In this document: positions 27,421 through 39,400 of the stretch, piece by piece
How the letters are laid out: each line of letters starts with the position of its first letter
Position numbering within the stretch: the stretch's first letter is position 1
Assembly (NCBI GenBank): GCA_951406725.2
Contig: OX597818.1
Span: 112,778,001 to 112,842,000 of the forward strand
From: Octopus vulgaris
Taxonomy: Eukaryota
Length of the DNA: 64,000 nt
Direction of reading: 5' to 3'
The notes under the pieces: generated by a model
Told to the model about the DNA's origin: nothing
Databases searched by the model: none
What the model saw: the letters and a program-made list of their open reading frames with translations, nothing else
Position numbers and translations under genes: made by a program

Positions 27421-29165
27421 TACATGTGTGTGTATGTGTATGTATGCGTGTGTTGCTATTGTTTGGCAAGGATATATTTAGGTATTATTTTAACAGCGAT
27501 ATTCTCCCACAGAAATATCAATATTTACCTGCAGACAAACTGAGAAATAACCATACTTATTTTAATTTATTTTTTTCTTGTTTTCCATAATGTTCGTGCT
27601 TGCCTTTGTTTGTAGTTATGGACCCGGGAATAATCTCTACATCTCACCTTTTTTTTTAGCGGGCGTTTTGCACTTCCGTTCTTTTAGAATTATGCAAACT
27701 GTGTTGGATTAATGAAATGTCCTTAACAAATCCTTGCTCTCTCAGTTTTTGTCTGATGACTTCCTGAGAAGAGATATACACATACAAAGAAAATGGCTAT
27801 GAACGTAAATTATCAAAAATATATTTGTTTTAATTACGTTCACTACAAAATTAGTCGTGAGTATAAAACTGAGCAGCGTTAATGGAGACAAATGACTGAG
27901 GCGTATATAATTATCTAAAGAAAATAGTTTGGATACCAGACAATGCTATTCGTATTTTCATAAAAATTAGTTACAGGTTTCTATATATTTGTATGGTTGC
28001 GTGTGAGTGTGTGTATGTGTGAGTGTGTGTATGTGTGAGTGTGTGTGTGTGCGTGTGGTGCGCGTGTATTTTCTGGTGAGAGTGACATATCAATATATAT
28101 TAATAATTATATATATGTATTTATTTACAGATGTATACAGGTATGCAAATATACGTGTGTGTGTTTGCTTGCTTGCGTGTGTGTATGAATGCACGTATGT
28201 ATGTATGATTTTATGTATGTATGTATGTATGTATGTATGTATGTATGTATGTATGTGTATGTATGTACTGGCAAACTTCAGCATAAAGCCGTTTGTAGCA
28301 CTGTTTGTAGCACAAAGAATATGTGTTTGTGTGACATTTTGAAAGTGTTAGTGAAAAGAGGAAATACGTTAACATGAAAAAGAAAATGTATTCTTATAAA
28401 TTTCACGCTTTACATCTAACCTTTCGATGTTGCAAGGCGCCTGTGATTAGAAATCATTTGTACAACCCGCCAGCAATGCGTTTGCCGGAAAGGAAATGCT
28501 GTACCGAAGGATAAACACACAAATAGCGAAGATGCATCGATATTGTTTCAAGTAACATACAAAAAAAAATTATAATTGTTTAATAACAATTACAGAAATT
28601 ATATTTTGTTTAAAATTCAATTAGCGTCAAATATTGCACATGACAGGTAAATATTTTGCCGTATACAAAACTATATATAAATTTACAAATGGATTAACAT
28701 TTGTAAATAGAGGTGCATATGTTCATCTTGTATGCATTTGTATATTATGCGCGTATAAAATTTGGAAAAGACTATTTGTTTCGAATTGTTATAAAGTCGA
28801 TGAGGTACGTTTTGCAGATCATAATAAAAAACATTAGATTAAAACATACGTTGTTATATAAGACTGGACAATGTATCTTAGGATATTACATGGACAGCAT
28901 GATATTGTCGCATTCATACGGTGTCTTGGTGATTTTAAACTCAGTATTCAGTACACAATTGAAAAGAAGGAAGTATTTGTTGGTCGAGGTTGTCAATATA
29001 TTTTCATATATACTTAACAATAAAATTAAACAGCGAAACAATTCTCCAATAAAATCTATATGCTTCATGGAATAGTCATGTTAATTGGAACTAGTGAGTA
29101 CATACGTACGTACACACACACTCATACTCATATACACACACGTACGTACACATACTCACACAGAC

Positions 29166-29199
<34 letters not shown>

Positions 29200-29251
29200 A
29201 GATATCTATGTAAATTAAAGAAAAACATTTATGCGTATCCATGTACATATA

Positions 29252-30543
29252 CGAGGGGCGTTCAATAAGTAATGCCCCTGACCCACGTCCCATAGCAGTA
29301 GAGCAACAAAACTTGGCACATTTATTAGTCTTTTTCTACATAGGAACCACCCAGAGTTACGCATTTCTCCCATTGTTTGATGCAGCTCTGGAGACCGTTT
29401 TTGTAGAAGACTCCAGCTTGGTCCTCCAACCACGACGTGACTTCAGAAATCAAGGCTGCATCATCTGGAAAACGCTTTCCTTTCAAAAACAACTTCATGG
29501 CTGGGAAGAGGTGAAAATCAGAGGGTGCAAGGTCAGGAGAGTAGGGAGATGGGAAAGGAGTTCATAGCCGCATGCCTGTGCTTCTGATCTGGCGACACGC
29601 AAGTTGTGGACCGGAGCGTTGTCCAGCAGGAGGAGGATGCCTTTGCTGATCTTGCCCCGCCTCTTGATTTTGATAGCTTCTCTTAATTTCCTCAAAACTG
29701 AAGCATAATAGGCTCCTGTAATTGTGGTACCCTTTGCCAGGAAATCTGTCATCACTACTCCGTCCTGGTCCCAGACGTCTGTGAGCATGACCTTGCCAGT
29801 GGAGAGCTGCACCCTTGCCTTCTTTGGAGGAGGTGAGTCACGGTGCTTCCACTGCATTGACTAGGTTTTGGTCTCTGGATCATAGTGATGGACCCAGGTT
29901 TCATCCTGTGTAATCAGTCTTTTGAAAAATTTTGACTCATCTTCTTAGCACATCTCCAAATTCATCCTGGAGCACTCGACGCGTTCTTGCTTCTGGAAAG
30001 GTGTGAGCAACCTGGGAATCCATCTGGCAGACACCTTTTGCATATGCAAATAGTCATGAATGATAGTTTCCAGAGACCCGGTACTAATCTTGACCTCATG
30101 GGCTATTTGACGAATAGTTATGCGTCGATCTTCCAAAATGACAGCCTCAACTTGACGGACAGATGCCTCATCAATAGCAGAAGGGGGGCGACCAGATCTG
30201 GGAGCTGTTTCCACAGAGTTCCGACCATGTTTGAATTCATGATGCCAGCGTTTTACAAGGTCATATGATGGCGCATCATCACTATCAGTTACTTTCATTT
30301 CATCGAAAGTCTCCCGTGGTGTGCGTCCTTTCAAATACAAAAACCGGATCACTGCTTGACACTTAACAGGCTCCATTTCACACTTGACTCAGTTCAAACA
30401 CCTGTAAATCAGAAACAACAATTAGTTCAGAGCTGTAATTTACTACTTAATCTATAGTGATATGGATAATTGCACACGCAAAATTTCAGCTAGATCAAAT
30501 AACTGCAAGTGGGTCAGAGGCATTATTTATTGAACGTCCCTCG
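29252..30543 (-). mobile_element. Full-length mariner transposon (1292 bp), probably irritans subfamily
   Basis: 35-bp TIRs at 29252-29286 and 30509-30543 (3 mismatches), TA target duplication on both sides, transposase inside. Confidence 0.95.
29325..30376 (-). pseudogene. Mariner DD34D-type transposase (about 350 aa) with two premature stops and one frameshift
   Basis: MEPVKCQAVIRFL...HTH...WIPRLL, DETWVHHYDPETK, DNAP, YSPDLAPSDF...WEKCVTLGGSYVEKD*. Stops near 29945 and 29861; 1-bp frameshift near 29545. Confidence 0.92.
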
Positions 30544-31059
30544 TATATATACATATATATATATATTCATATACATACATATATTTATGTATGTATATAT
30601 ATTTATGTATATATATTTATGTATGTATATAAATATGTATATATATATATATATGTGTATAAATGTATATATGTATATATGTATAAATATGTATATATAT
30701 ATATATATGGGGACACCATGTGAATAACTCTTTGAAAATCAAAGAGAAATGAGTTAACAATATGCAACTGATTCAAAACCTGCAGCTTTTATATCCAGAT
30801 TATAAATTTACATTTATACCACTTGGTTTTGTAAGCAAATCTCTAACTGACAATCCTAACTTCACATCACAAATGCAATCTGTAAATGAAATGTAAATGA
30901 AACAGTAAAAATATCCTGGACTTTACTCAAGTGCCATTGTATTCGTTATTCAAATTCCAACGAAGAGAGTTTTTTTTTTTTGTTAGAAACCAGCATCTCC
31001 TTAAGTGAAATAATTTTAGTAAACAAAATAGGAAACATACATACGCCCGTATGTATGTA

Positions 31060-31207
31060 CATGTTCCCGTGTTCATTTCTGTTGAAGAGAGTAGGCTCGA
31101 AACATAAAAAACTTTCTCACCTTCCCGAGCGTTAAATTAATAAACCTGTTTGTTGTTTACACACCTGTCTTCGTCGTTTGTTTTTTTGTGTGTGAATTCC
31201 AACTACA
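31060..31207 (+). mobile_element. PLE-type terminal fragment (same family as 8028-8345, opposite strand), degenerate hammerhead
   Basis: tttctgttgaagagagtaggctcgaaacataaaaac...cccgagcgttaaattaataaacc...cctgtcttcgtc matches the reverse complement of 8040-8160. Confidence 0.6.
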
Positions 31208-31503
31208 TTTTTATATATGTATATATATATTCACATACATACATGTGTGTACGTGTGTGTGTACATGAGTGCGTGGGTACATATCTGTATATGCAGGTGT
31301 GTGGTTTTGTGATGTTTATGTTGCTAGCAAGCTAGTATTTGTGCGTAACTCTACTAGAAAATAATTAGTACATGTGGAATATTTCATTTTCCCTGAAATT
31401 TACAGAAACAACTTCGTTTCTCCCATTTTTGTTTTGTAATTACATCGATACTTGTATAAAAATCAGCAGTTTATAAACTGAAAGCAGCTCATTAAGGTAC
31501 GAT

Positions 31504-31562
<59 letters not shown>

Positions 31563-32514
31563 TTATTTATATACTATTATTAATAAATAGATAATAATAG
31601 CTTCAGGGGAATATGTTGGATATTCCAGTATTTACACGTTTGTGTGTACAGAAATAAAAATATTCTTCGCCCCAAAACATACTAATATATAACATTTGAA
31701 ACCTAAGTACGATATTTAGCGTGAACAACTGGAACCTCAACGTATCAGTCTTAACGAAGCAACATATTCGAGATCAGTTTAACGTACACTTTCTCGATAT
31801 AAAAATCTTGACAATAAAACAACTATTAGTTTTCTGATCAATTTCCAGAAAAATTGATTTCTATGCATCTATGCTTATAATTTATATAGAAAAATCGATA
31901 AATTACGGCTGATGTAAATTTAAAGATTGGAATTGCTGATTAATAAACAGCAAACTACTACAATGTAATAATCATTTAATTAAAAAAATTTGAATTCCGC
32001 TCATGTTTTGTGCTCATCAGCGGAGCACAAAAGAATTATGTAAGTTTTAAAAAATAATTACTTATAATAGAGATAATTTTCACTTCAGGATTAGGAGTTT
32101 TAATATCGGAGAGATAAGATTTTCTTATCACCCATTATCAACATTCTGCATTACGTCGCAACATTTTGTAATTCTATGATATAATTTCATTTATATGTGT
32201 GGGGTTGGTGGGGGTAAGCGCGCGTGTGTATATGCGTGTTTAATAAATGTGTATATGTAAATGTTCAGCTGATAAACACTTTCAAATGAAAGTCGTTAGA
32301 AGCAAAATGGATACCTGCATTTGTTTTAAAATAAATGTCACAGTTTCTTGTTCAAATTCATCGGGGGTCGATGAAATAAGAAGCACTTGAACACAATAGT
32401 CGATATAGTCGATTTAACCGCCCACTCCCGTAACTGCTGGTCTTGTGCCAGAGTTTGAAATCAATATCTTATTGTTTCTTAAGAATAATTCATCTTTCAG
32501 AATGTATACTTTGC

Positions 32515-32830
32515 TGCGTGGAAGCGCAATGGCCCAGTGGTTAGCGCAGTGGACTCATGATCGTGGGAAATACCTAAGGCTTTGGCAGTGGGTGGTGGCG
32601 AACCCTGCTGTACTCTTTCACCACAACTTTCTCTCACTCTTTCTTCCTGTTTCTGTTGTACCTGTATTTTAAAGGGCCAGCCTTGTCACACTCTGTGTCA
32701 CACTGAATCTCCTTAAGGGTACACGTGTTTGTGGAGTGCTCAGTCACTTGTACTTTAATTTCATGAGCAGGCTGTTCGGTTGATCGGATCAACTGGAATC
32801 CTCATCGTCGTAACCGACGGAATGTCAGGA
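32515..32830 (+). mobile_element. tRNA-headed SINE-like element (another family; truncated head also near 7418-7440)
   Basis: gtggaagcgcaatggcccagtggttagcgcagtggactc A-box head; gtggaggcgcaatggccc at about 7419. Confidence 0.6.
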
Positions 32831-33064
32831 TACTTTGCAGCATTTAAATTATTGAATCGAATAAAATAGTACTTGCGTACTAGTAATATATCACCAATTA
32901 CCAATACAGAACTTCTCTCAATCAGAATCCATATATTTACCAGTTTTAATTATAATCAACGTACGAAAGATAAGAAATCAACAAAATAACAGACATTTAC
33001 AATGTGATAAAGAAATATTCAGAAATCTAAATATTTTCGTTGTTTAAGACAGACACGTTATTTT

Positions 33065-33131
<67 letters not shown>

Positions 33132-33238
33132 GAAGATATTTGGATAGAATATAATCTTAGATGTGAAACGTGTAGGTATTGAGTAACATAATAAAATGTA
33201 ATTAGTGAGGAAGGCGGGGTATAATTCTTTTATATATA

Positions 33239-33658
33239 GGCGCAGGAGTAGCTGTATAGTAAGTAGCGTGATTATGAACCATATGGTCCTGGGTTCAGTC
33301 CCACTGCGTGGCACCTTGGGCAAGTGTCTTCTATTATAGCCTCTGGCCGACCAAAGCCTTGTGAGTGACGGAAACTGGAAGACGGGAACAGGAAGTAGCA
33401 CGTCGGATATGCATGTATATATATATAATGTGTGTTTGTGTATGTGTATGTTTGTGTGTCTGCCCCCCTCCCCCCACATCGCTTGACAACCGATCCTGGT
33501 ATTTTTACGTCGCCGTAACATAGCTGTTCGGCAAAAGATACCTATATAATAAGTACTAGGCTTACAAAGAATAAACTCTGATGTCGATTTGCTCCACTAA
33601 AGGCGGTGTTCCAGTATGGCCGCAATCAAATAAATGAAACAATTAAAAGAATATGAGA
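33239..33658 (+). mobile_element. SINE family A, full length
   Basis: ggcgcaggagtagctgtatagtaagtagc...gggttcagtcccactgcgtggcacc...ggcggtgttccagtatggccgcaatcaaa. Confidence 0.9.
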
Positions 33659-33794
33659 ATATTTCAATTTACATTATGTTTCTTTCTTCCTTCCACACTT
33701 CTATTCTCGTCGGAGACGTTCAATAGAATATACTTCTGAGATATATTTCAATTTTGAAAAATACATAAAAACATACAGCTGCCCAGCTGTTTTC

Positions 33795-34235
33795 CTCTAT
33801 TCATTTAATGGCTTCAGTCATAGGACTGCGGCCATGCTGGAGCTCTTCTTTAATCTATTTTATTTCGGTTTTATCATCGCTTTATGGCTGGAAGTTGGTC
33901 TATGATTAATTTTGTGGCAGCTGTTCTTCATTGAGTATAACATTGGATGATTGGCTGGTCTGGTATCGTCGTTAGGATAGGATCCAATGTGGTTTAAATG
34001 CTTCAGTACAAGTTCCTTTTACGTTTCTGATTTCTTTAAGTTGGTAGTCGAACATCTGTGAATTTCTAAATATCAGACTGGTACAGCAGAGTGTCTTTGC
34101 TCATGATTAGAAAGGTGGTATATTTGGAAGCTGACAGTAACTGGTTGTTCGTGCATTAATATTCACTCTAATGCCGAACTTTGGAATATGCCCCTTCAGG
34201 ATACGCCAAACGTACATGATAGTATATCTCTCTAT
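33795..34235 (-). mobile_element. CR1-group LINE 3' end with conserved tail
   Basis: Minus translation ERYTIMYVWRILKGHIPKFGI is homologous to the ORF2 end at about 36880-36950; it ends in gagctccagcatggccgcagtcctatgactgaagcc. Confidence 0.65.
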
Positions 34236-34282
34236 TCAGTGTTAAAAGGAGTAAAGAAGCAGAACATTCGGACGTTCTTTTT

Positions 34283-34669
34283 TGTTTACTCTTTTACTTG
34301 TTTCAGTCATTTGACTGCGGCCATGCTGGAGCACCGCCTTTAGTCGAGCAAATTGACCCCAGGACTTCTTCTTTGTAAGCCTAGTACTTATTCTATCAGT
34401 CTCTTTTTCGAACCGCTATGTTACAGGGACGTAAATACACCACCATCGGTTGTCAAGCGATGTTGGGTGGACAAACACAAACACACACACACACTCACAC
34501 ACACACACACATATATATATATATACGATGGGCTTCTTTCAGTTTCCCTCTACCAAATCCACTCACAAGGCTTTGGTCGGCCCGAGGCTGTAGTAGAAGA
34601 CACTTGCTCAAGGGACTGAACCCGGAACCTTGTGGTTGGTAAGCAAGCTACGTACCTCACAGCCACTCT
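34283..34669 (-). mobile_element. SINE family A, near full length
   Basis: High similarity to 47408-47827. Confidence 0.9.
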
Positions 34670-35756
34670 AAGGACTTTAACCGAAATTATTTTACTGATG
34701 AACCTTCTTTGTTACCCATCAATTTCTAGTATGAGACTGGATGAATTTGGCAGGACGGTTTGGTGATGTGGATGTTGAAAGATGCATCATATGGCATGAT
34801 TACGTCTAAGTCCCGTACGTCATTAGCCCTGTGCATCGTTATGTTTTGGATTCAGAGGATGGAAGAATTAACACGTACATTCGCTTAGCAGAAAAGCGAA
34901 GTATATTTCCATAAAGCAGTCATAGAGCTAGACCTAAAGGGTTACCTAAATGATCTCAAAGGTTTCATATTTGCATTTTGGTCATTTATGCATTTATTGC
35001 AATAAACAATGTGACAGATAATTCTATTTCAATTACACGTTATGGCAATGAATGCCTAGTTGCTACTTAGTCATTAAACATGAAAGTATGAGATTAAACG
35101 TTGTTGCTGAAAGATGCTATGTTTGAAATCTGGCCTTTCTTATTCGCAAGCTATTCTCTTTTATTTTTCTTTTCTTTTTTGTTTTTTGATAAGAGAATAA
35201 ACTCATAATAGATGTTCAGTATAACTACACTGTGAAAATCTTGCGTTCAGTCTCTGCATTTCTCTTTGCATCCTTTCCTCATCAGCAGACTATAGAAATA
35301 TATGTCTAGAAATAGTCTAGACTTCAGGCACACAATTGTAGGTTGGTATATAGAGCGTGTATTTATATGAAACTATTATTTTGAGGCATAAGGCTTGATA
35401 TTATATACGATCAACGATTTATAAGAGCATGTCTAAAATATTGAGTATGGTATGTTTAGCATCTGTTGAAAGGCGGGTTCTTATCATCGGAGAATTTTAT
35501 TAGCCTTACACTAGACATAACCTCATTTGTTTCTTATTTATTCTGTGCATATAATGTCGATTACACTACACGTATAAGGATAACGTTAAAATACTTCGAT
35601 AGTGTAAATCTTCGTACACAATATATTCGTGAACGAATATAAAAATATGGCGTCTATAAATTATGTTCGTTGTAGATGTACATATGGATATATACATATA
35701 TGTGTGTGTGTGTGTGTGTATGTGTATGTATATATATATATAAAATATGTATATAA

Positions 35757-35822
<66 letters not shown>

Positions 35823-35859
35823 TGTGTATGTGTTTATGTGCATGCGTGTCTTGCATGTG

Positions 35860-37306
35860 GCAACCCGCCCAAACTGTTGAAAGATTGTGTCATATGCCCT
35901 GTCCATACAGGAGGAAGAAGAGCAAATGCTAGAAATTACAGGCTTTTCTTTCTTACTTCACATGTTATCAAGGTGATAGAAAGCATTGTCAGAAGAAGAC
36001 TCACATGTTCCTGGAAGAGAATAACTTGCTCACAAACACACACACCATGGTTTCTGCCCAGGGTGGAACTGTGTCACACAGCTACTATAACGTTATGTTT
36101 GGGTGATGAAATATCAGCTCAAACACTCAAATGTAGATGTGATGTATTGCGATTTTGCCAAGGCCTTTCACAAAATCGTTCATGGGATTGTATGTCACAA
36201 ACTACGCCACCTTGGTATCACCTATAAACTGGAAGAGTGGCTGCTTGACGTTTTTAAGGAGTGGACATGTTGTTGCAGAGGAGTATCTCAGGGAATTGTA
36301 AAGAGACAACTACTGTTTGTAGTGGCTCTCTCGGACATTACGTTTATCGAACAGTCATCCACTCTCACTAGCAACGCTGATGATACAAGGATATCTCAGG
36401 CGGTCAATGACCCTGATGACTTAGTGAAACTGGAAAAGGACCTGTATGCAATATACAAAGGTCTGATGTAAATAACACGCAGCTGAATGCTGATAAGCTT
36501 AAAGTACTCTGCTATCAGTTCACAAACAGGCTACTATAGGAATTCATAGGACCAGAAAGCAGTGCATTTCCAGAGATAGAATCAGTGCCCTTCCTGGGAA
36601 TCCACGTGCGTAGTGATGCAACATTCTATGTGCATATTGCTATGTTGACAACACTGTGCAGACGAGTAGCTGCGTGAAGCCGTAGATCATACAGAACCGG
36701 AAATAAGGGTGCCTTGGAGGACATATCTCTTCAGTCGTCTCTTTGGATTACTACTCCCAACTGTGGTCTCCGCAGAGCATCAAATTGGTGGCGGAACTTG
36801 AGTAACTCGATGAAACAGATGAGCTATTAGGAGAGGCTTCAAGAAATGGAGCTCCACTCTCTGGAGAGAAGACGAGAAAGGTAAGTAGTGATATAGATAT
36901 GGACGGTACTGGAAGGTCTAGCTCACAACTTTGGAATTAAAAATTATACCAACCACCGAACTAGACAGTACTGCATGCGACCAAAGATATTGTATTCATC
37001 TCAGATAGGAACCCTGTATTGCAACTGCTTGAGATTCAGGGGACCAAGACTGTTTAAAATCCTGCGAAGGAAACTAAGAGAGCTGCAAGGTGGTTGAAGT
37101 GGAAACGGTCGAAAAGCAACTGGATAAATTTCCATTTGAAATCTCAGATGAGCCCACATCTCGGCAGGAGGCACAAAGATAAGTGGCTTCGTCCAAATTG
37201 CTTCCTCTCCAAAAACTGTTCCAAAACGAGACCCCCAAAACACTGAAACGCAGTATTTGAGCATGGCCCAAACTTCTAGCTGAAACCAGTAAAAGAATAA
37301 AAGAAT
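35860..37306 (+). mobile_element. 5'-truncated CR1-group (CR1/L2/Daphne-type) LINE, degraded RT
   Basis: PVHTGG...NYRLFFLTSHVIKVIESIV, VDVMYCDFAKAFHKIVH, GVSQG, NADDT (YADD), LWSPQSIK, LHSLERRRER; 3' tail gcatggcc...ctgaaaccagtaaaagaataaaaga. Confidence 0.85.
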
Positions 37307-38013
37307 ATATATATATATATATATACAGAGGCACATACTTATATACGTAGATTCAAATATATATACGTGTGATTTTTTTGTGTGTGTACAAGTATATATG
37401 TATGTGCTTGTATGTGTGTGTGTAAATCTACAGCTACATGTACACAGATCACGAGAAAAATATTCTCACTCTCTGGTGAGATGATTGCTCATCGAAAGAA
37501 ATATTTTGCCTGTTAAATAATAGGATATATATTTCCTTTTAGATAGCGTTGCAAATATTTGTTCTTTCCGTTTTGCCAACACATTGATTTCCTATCGTTC
37601 GGTTGACTGACTTTTAATAATTATATATACTTTTCCATTGAGCTTTGGTGGTGTAATCTTTTGAGGTGCATCGGAATATTGATACAACTCTCAGGAATAT
37701 AAGTAAGTGTTGAATACTTTTAGAAAAATTCCATTACTTGAAAAATGTTCATTACCGTGAGTAAATAGAAATCTTTGTATTTCTGTACATTTGTACATTT
37801 GCTATCCCACGTGACTGATATCCATATTCACAAGTCAGAGAAAATATTTACCTTTGGCTACCCTCTTATGAAGCGATTTCCTTTCTGTGACGTATCTGAA
37901 ATATGTTATTTCTCTCTTATTTACTCAACTTAAATTTGCCATAATGCCTTCGTTTATACTTTGGGTAGATACGATGTGATGCAAATGGTCGAAGTTTATG
38001 TGACGGAATGTCA

Positions 38014-38014
<1 letters not shown>

Positions 38015-38090
<76 letters not shown>

Positions 38091-38145
38091 GTCTGTCTAT
38101 CTATCTATCTATCTATCTATCTGTCTGTCTGTCTATTTATCTACC
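38015..38145. repeat. (TCTA)n tetranucleotide microsatellite
   Basis: Direct reading. Confidence 0.9.
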
Positions 38146-38222
38146 TAGATACATTGACATACAATATCTGCCTATCTCTCTTTCTCTCTCTCCCTTTCTC
38201 TCTCCCTCTCTCTCTCTCTCTC

Positions 38223-38628
38223 TTTCTACTCTTTTACTCTTTTACTTGTTTCAGTCATGTGACTGTGGCTATGCTGAAGCACCAATTTCAGTCGAGCAAA
38301 TCGACCCTAGGACTTATTATTTTGAAGCCTAGTACTTATTCTATCGGTCTCTCTTGTCGAACCGCTATGTGGTGGGGACGTAAACACACCAGCATCGGTT
38401 GTCAAGTGATGTTGGGGGGACAAACGCAGACATACAAACTTATATACACACACACATACATATATATGACAGGCTTCTTTCAGTTTCCGTTTATCAAATT
38501 CACTCGCAAGGCTTTGGTAGGCCTGAGGCTATAGTAGAAACACTTGCCCAAAGTGCCACGCAGTAGTACTGAACCCGGAACCATGTGGCTGGTAAGCAAG
38601 CTGCTAACCAGAAAGCAACTCCTACGCC
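38223..38628 (-). mobile_element. SINE family A, full length
   Basis: Head, central domain and tail are all present. Confidence 0.9.
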
Positions 38629-38642
38629 TATATCTATCTATA

Positions 38643-38768
<126 letters not shown>

Positions 38769-38808
38769 AATAAATGGTGGGGTTGTGTTGACCGCACGTG
38801 GAGAAATG

Positions 38809-39355
38809 ATAAGTAAGGAAAAATTTTTTTTTAAATGCAGAATGCTCAAATGAAAGAAAATTTTAATAAAATGAGAAATTGATAAAATATATAAATATAT
38901 ATTTATTCAACCGGTTTTCGTCATTGTATGACTTGTCAAGAATATTTATGTTTTAAAAAGTTTTTAATTACTACTACTTCCTGTCCTGCCAACATGCTGA
39001 ATTAAACCACACAACACATGCTCTTAATCCCTTTGGATCTTAATACCTCAAGGTAATTTTTTCGTGAACAATCATAAAACTCAAGATACACAACGAACTC
39101 ACAATGTATCGGAGCACTTATTTTTTAATTTTTGTACATTTTTATCATTATTCTTTTGCAAAAAACAATGCAATTTTCTTTTTTTCCCCTTTCTAATTTC
39201 TAAAAAAACTTTTTAAAACATAAATATTCTTGACAAGTCATACAATGACGAAAACCGGTTGAATAAATATATATTTATATATTTTATCAATTTCTCATTT
39301 TATTAAAATTTTCTTTCATTTGAGCATTCTGCATTTAAAAAAAAATTTTTCCTTA

Positions 39356-39360
<5 letters not shown>
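38809..39360. mobile_element. Inverted-repeat mini-element: 157-bp arms (no mismatch seen), 238-bp spacer; putative PLE derivative
   Basis: 38809-38965 is the reverse complement of 39204-39360; each arm carries a hammerhead-like motif; (TA)n follows on the right. Confidence 0.8.
39225..39265 (+). ncRNA. Putative minimal type I hammerhead ribozyme, U3-A8 core variant (mirror copy 38904-38944 on minus)
   Basis: UAUUC UUGACAA GUCA uacaa UGAC GAAA ACCGGU U GAAUA: stem I UAUUC/GAAUA, stem II GUCA/UGAC, palindromic stem III; one extra A after GAA. Confidence 0.55.
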
Positions 39361-39400
<40 letters not shown>

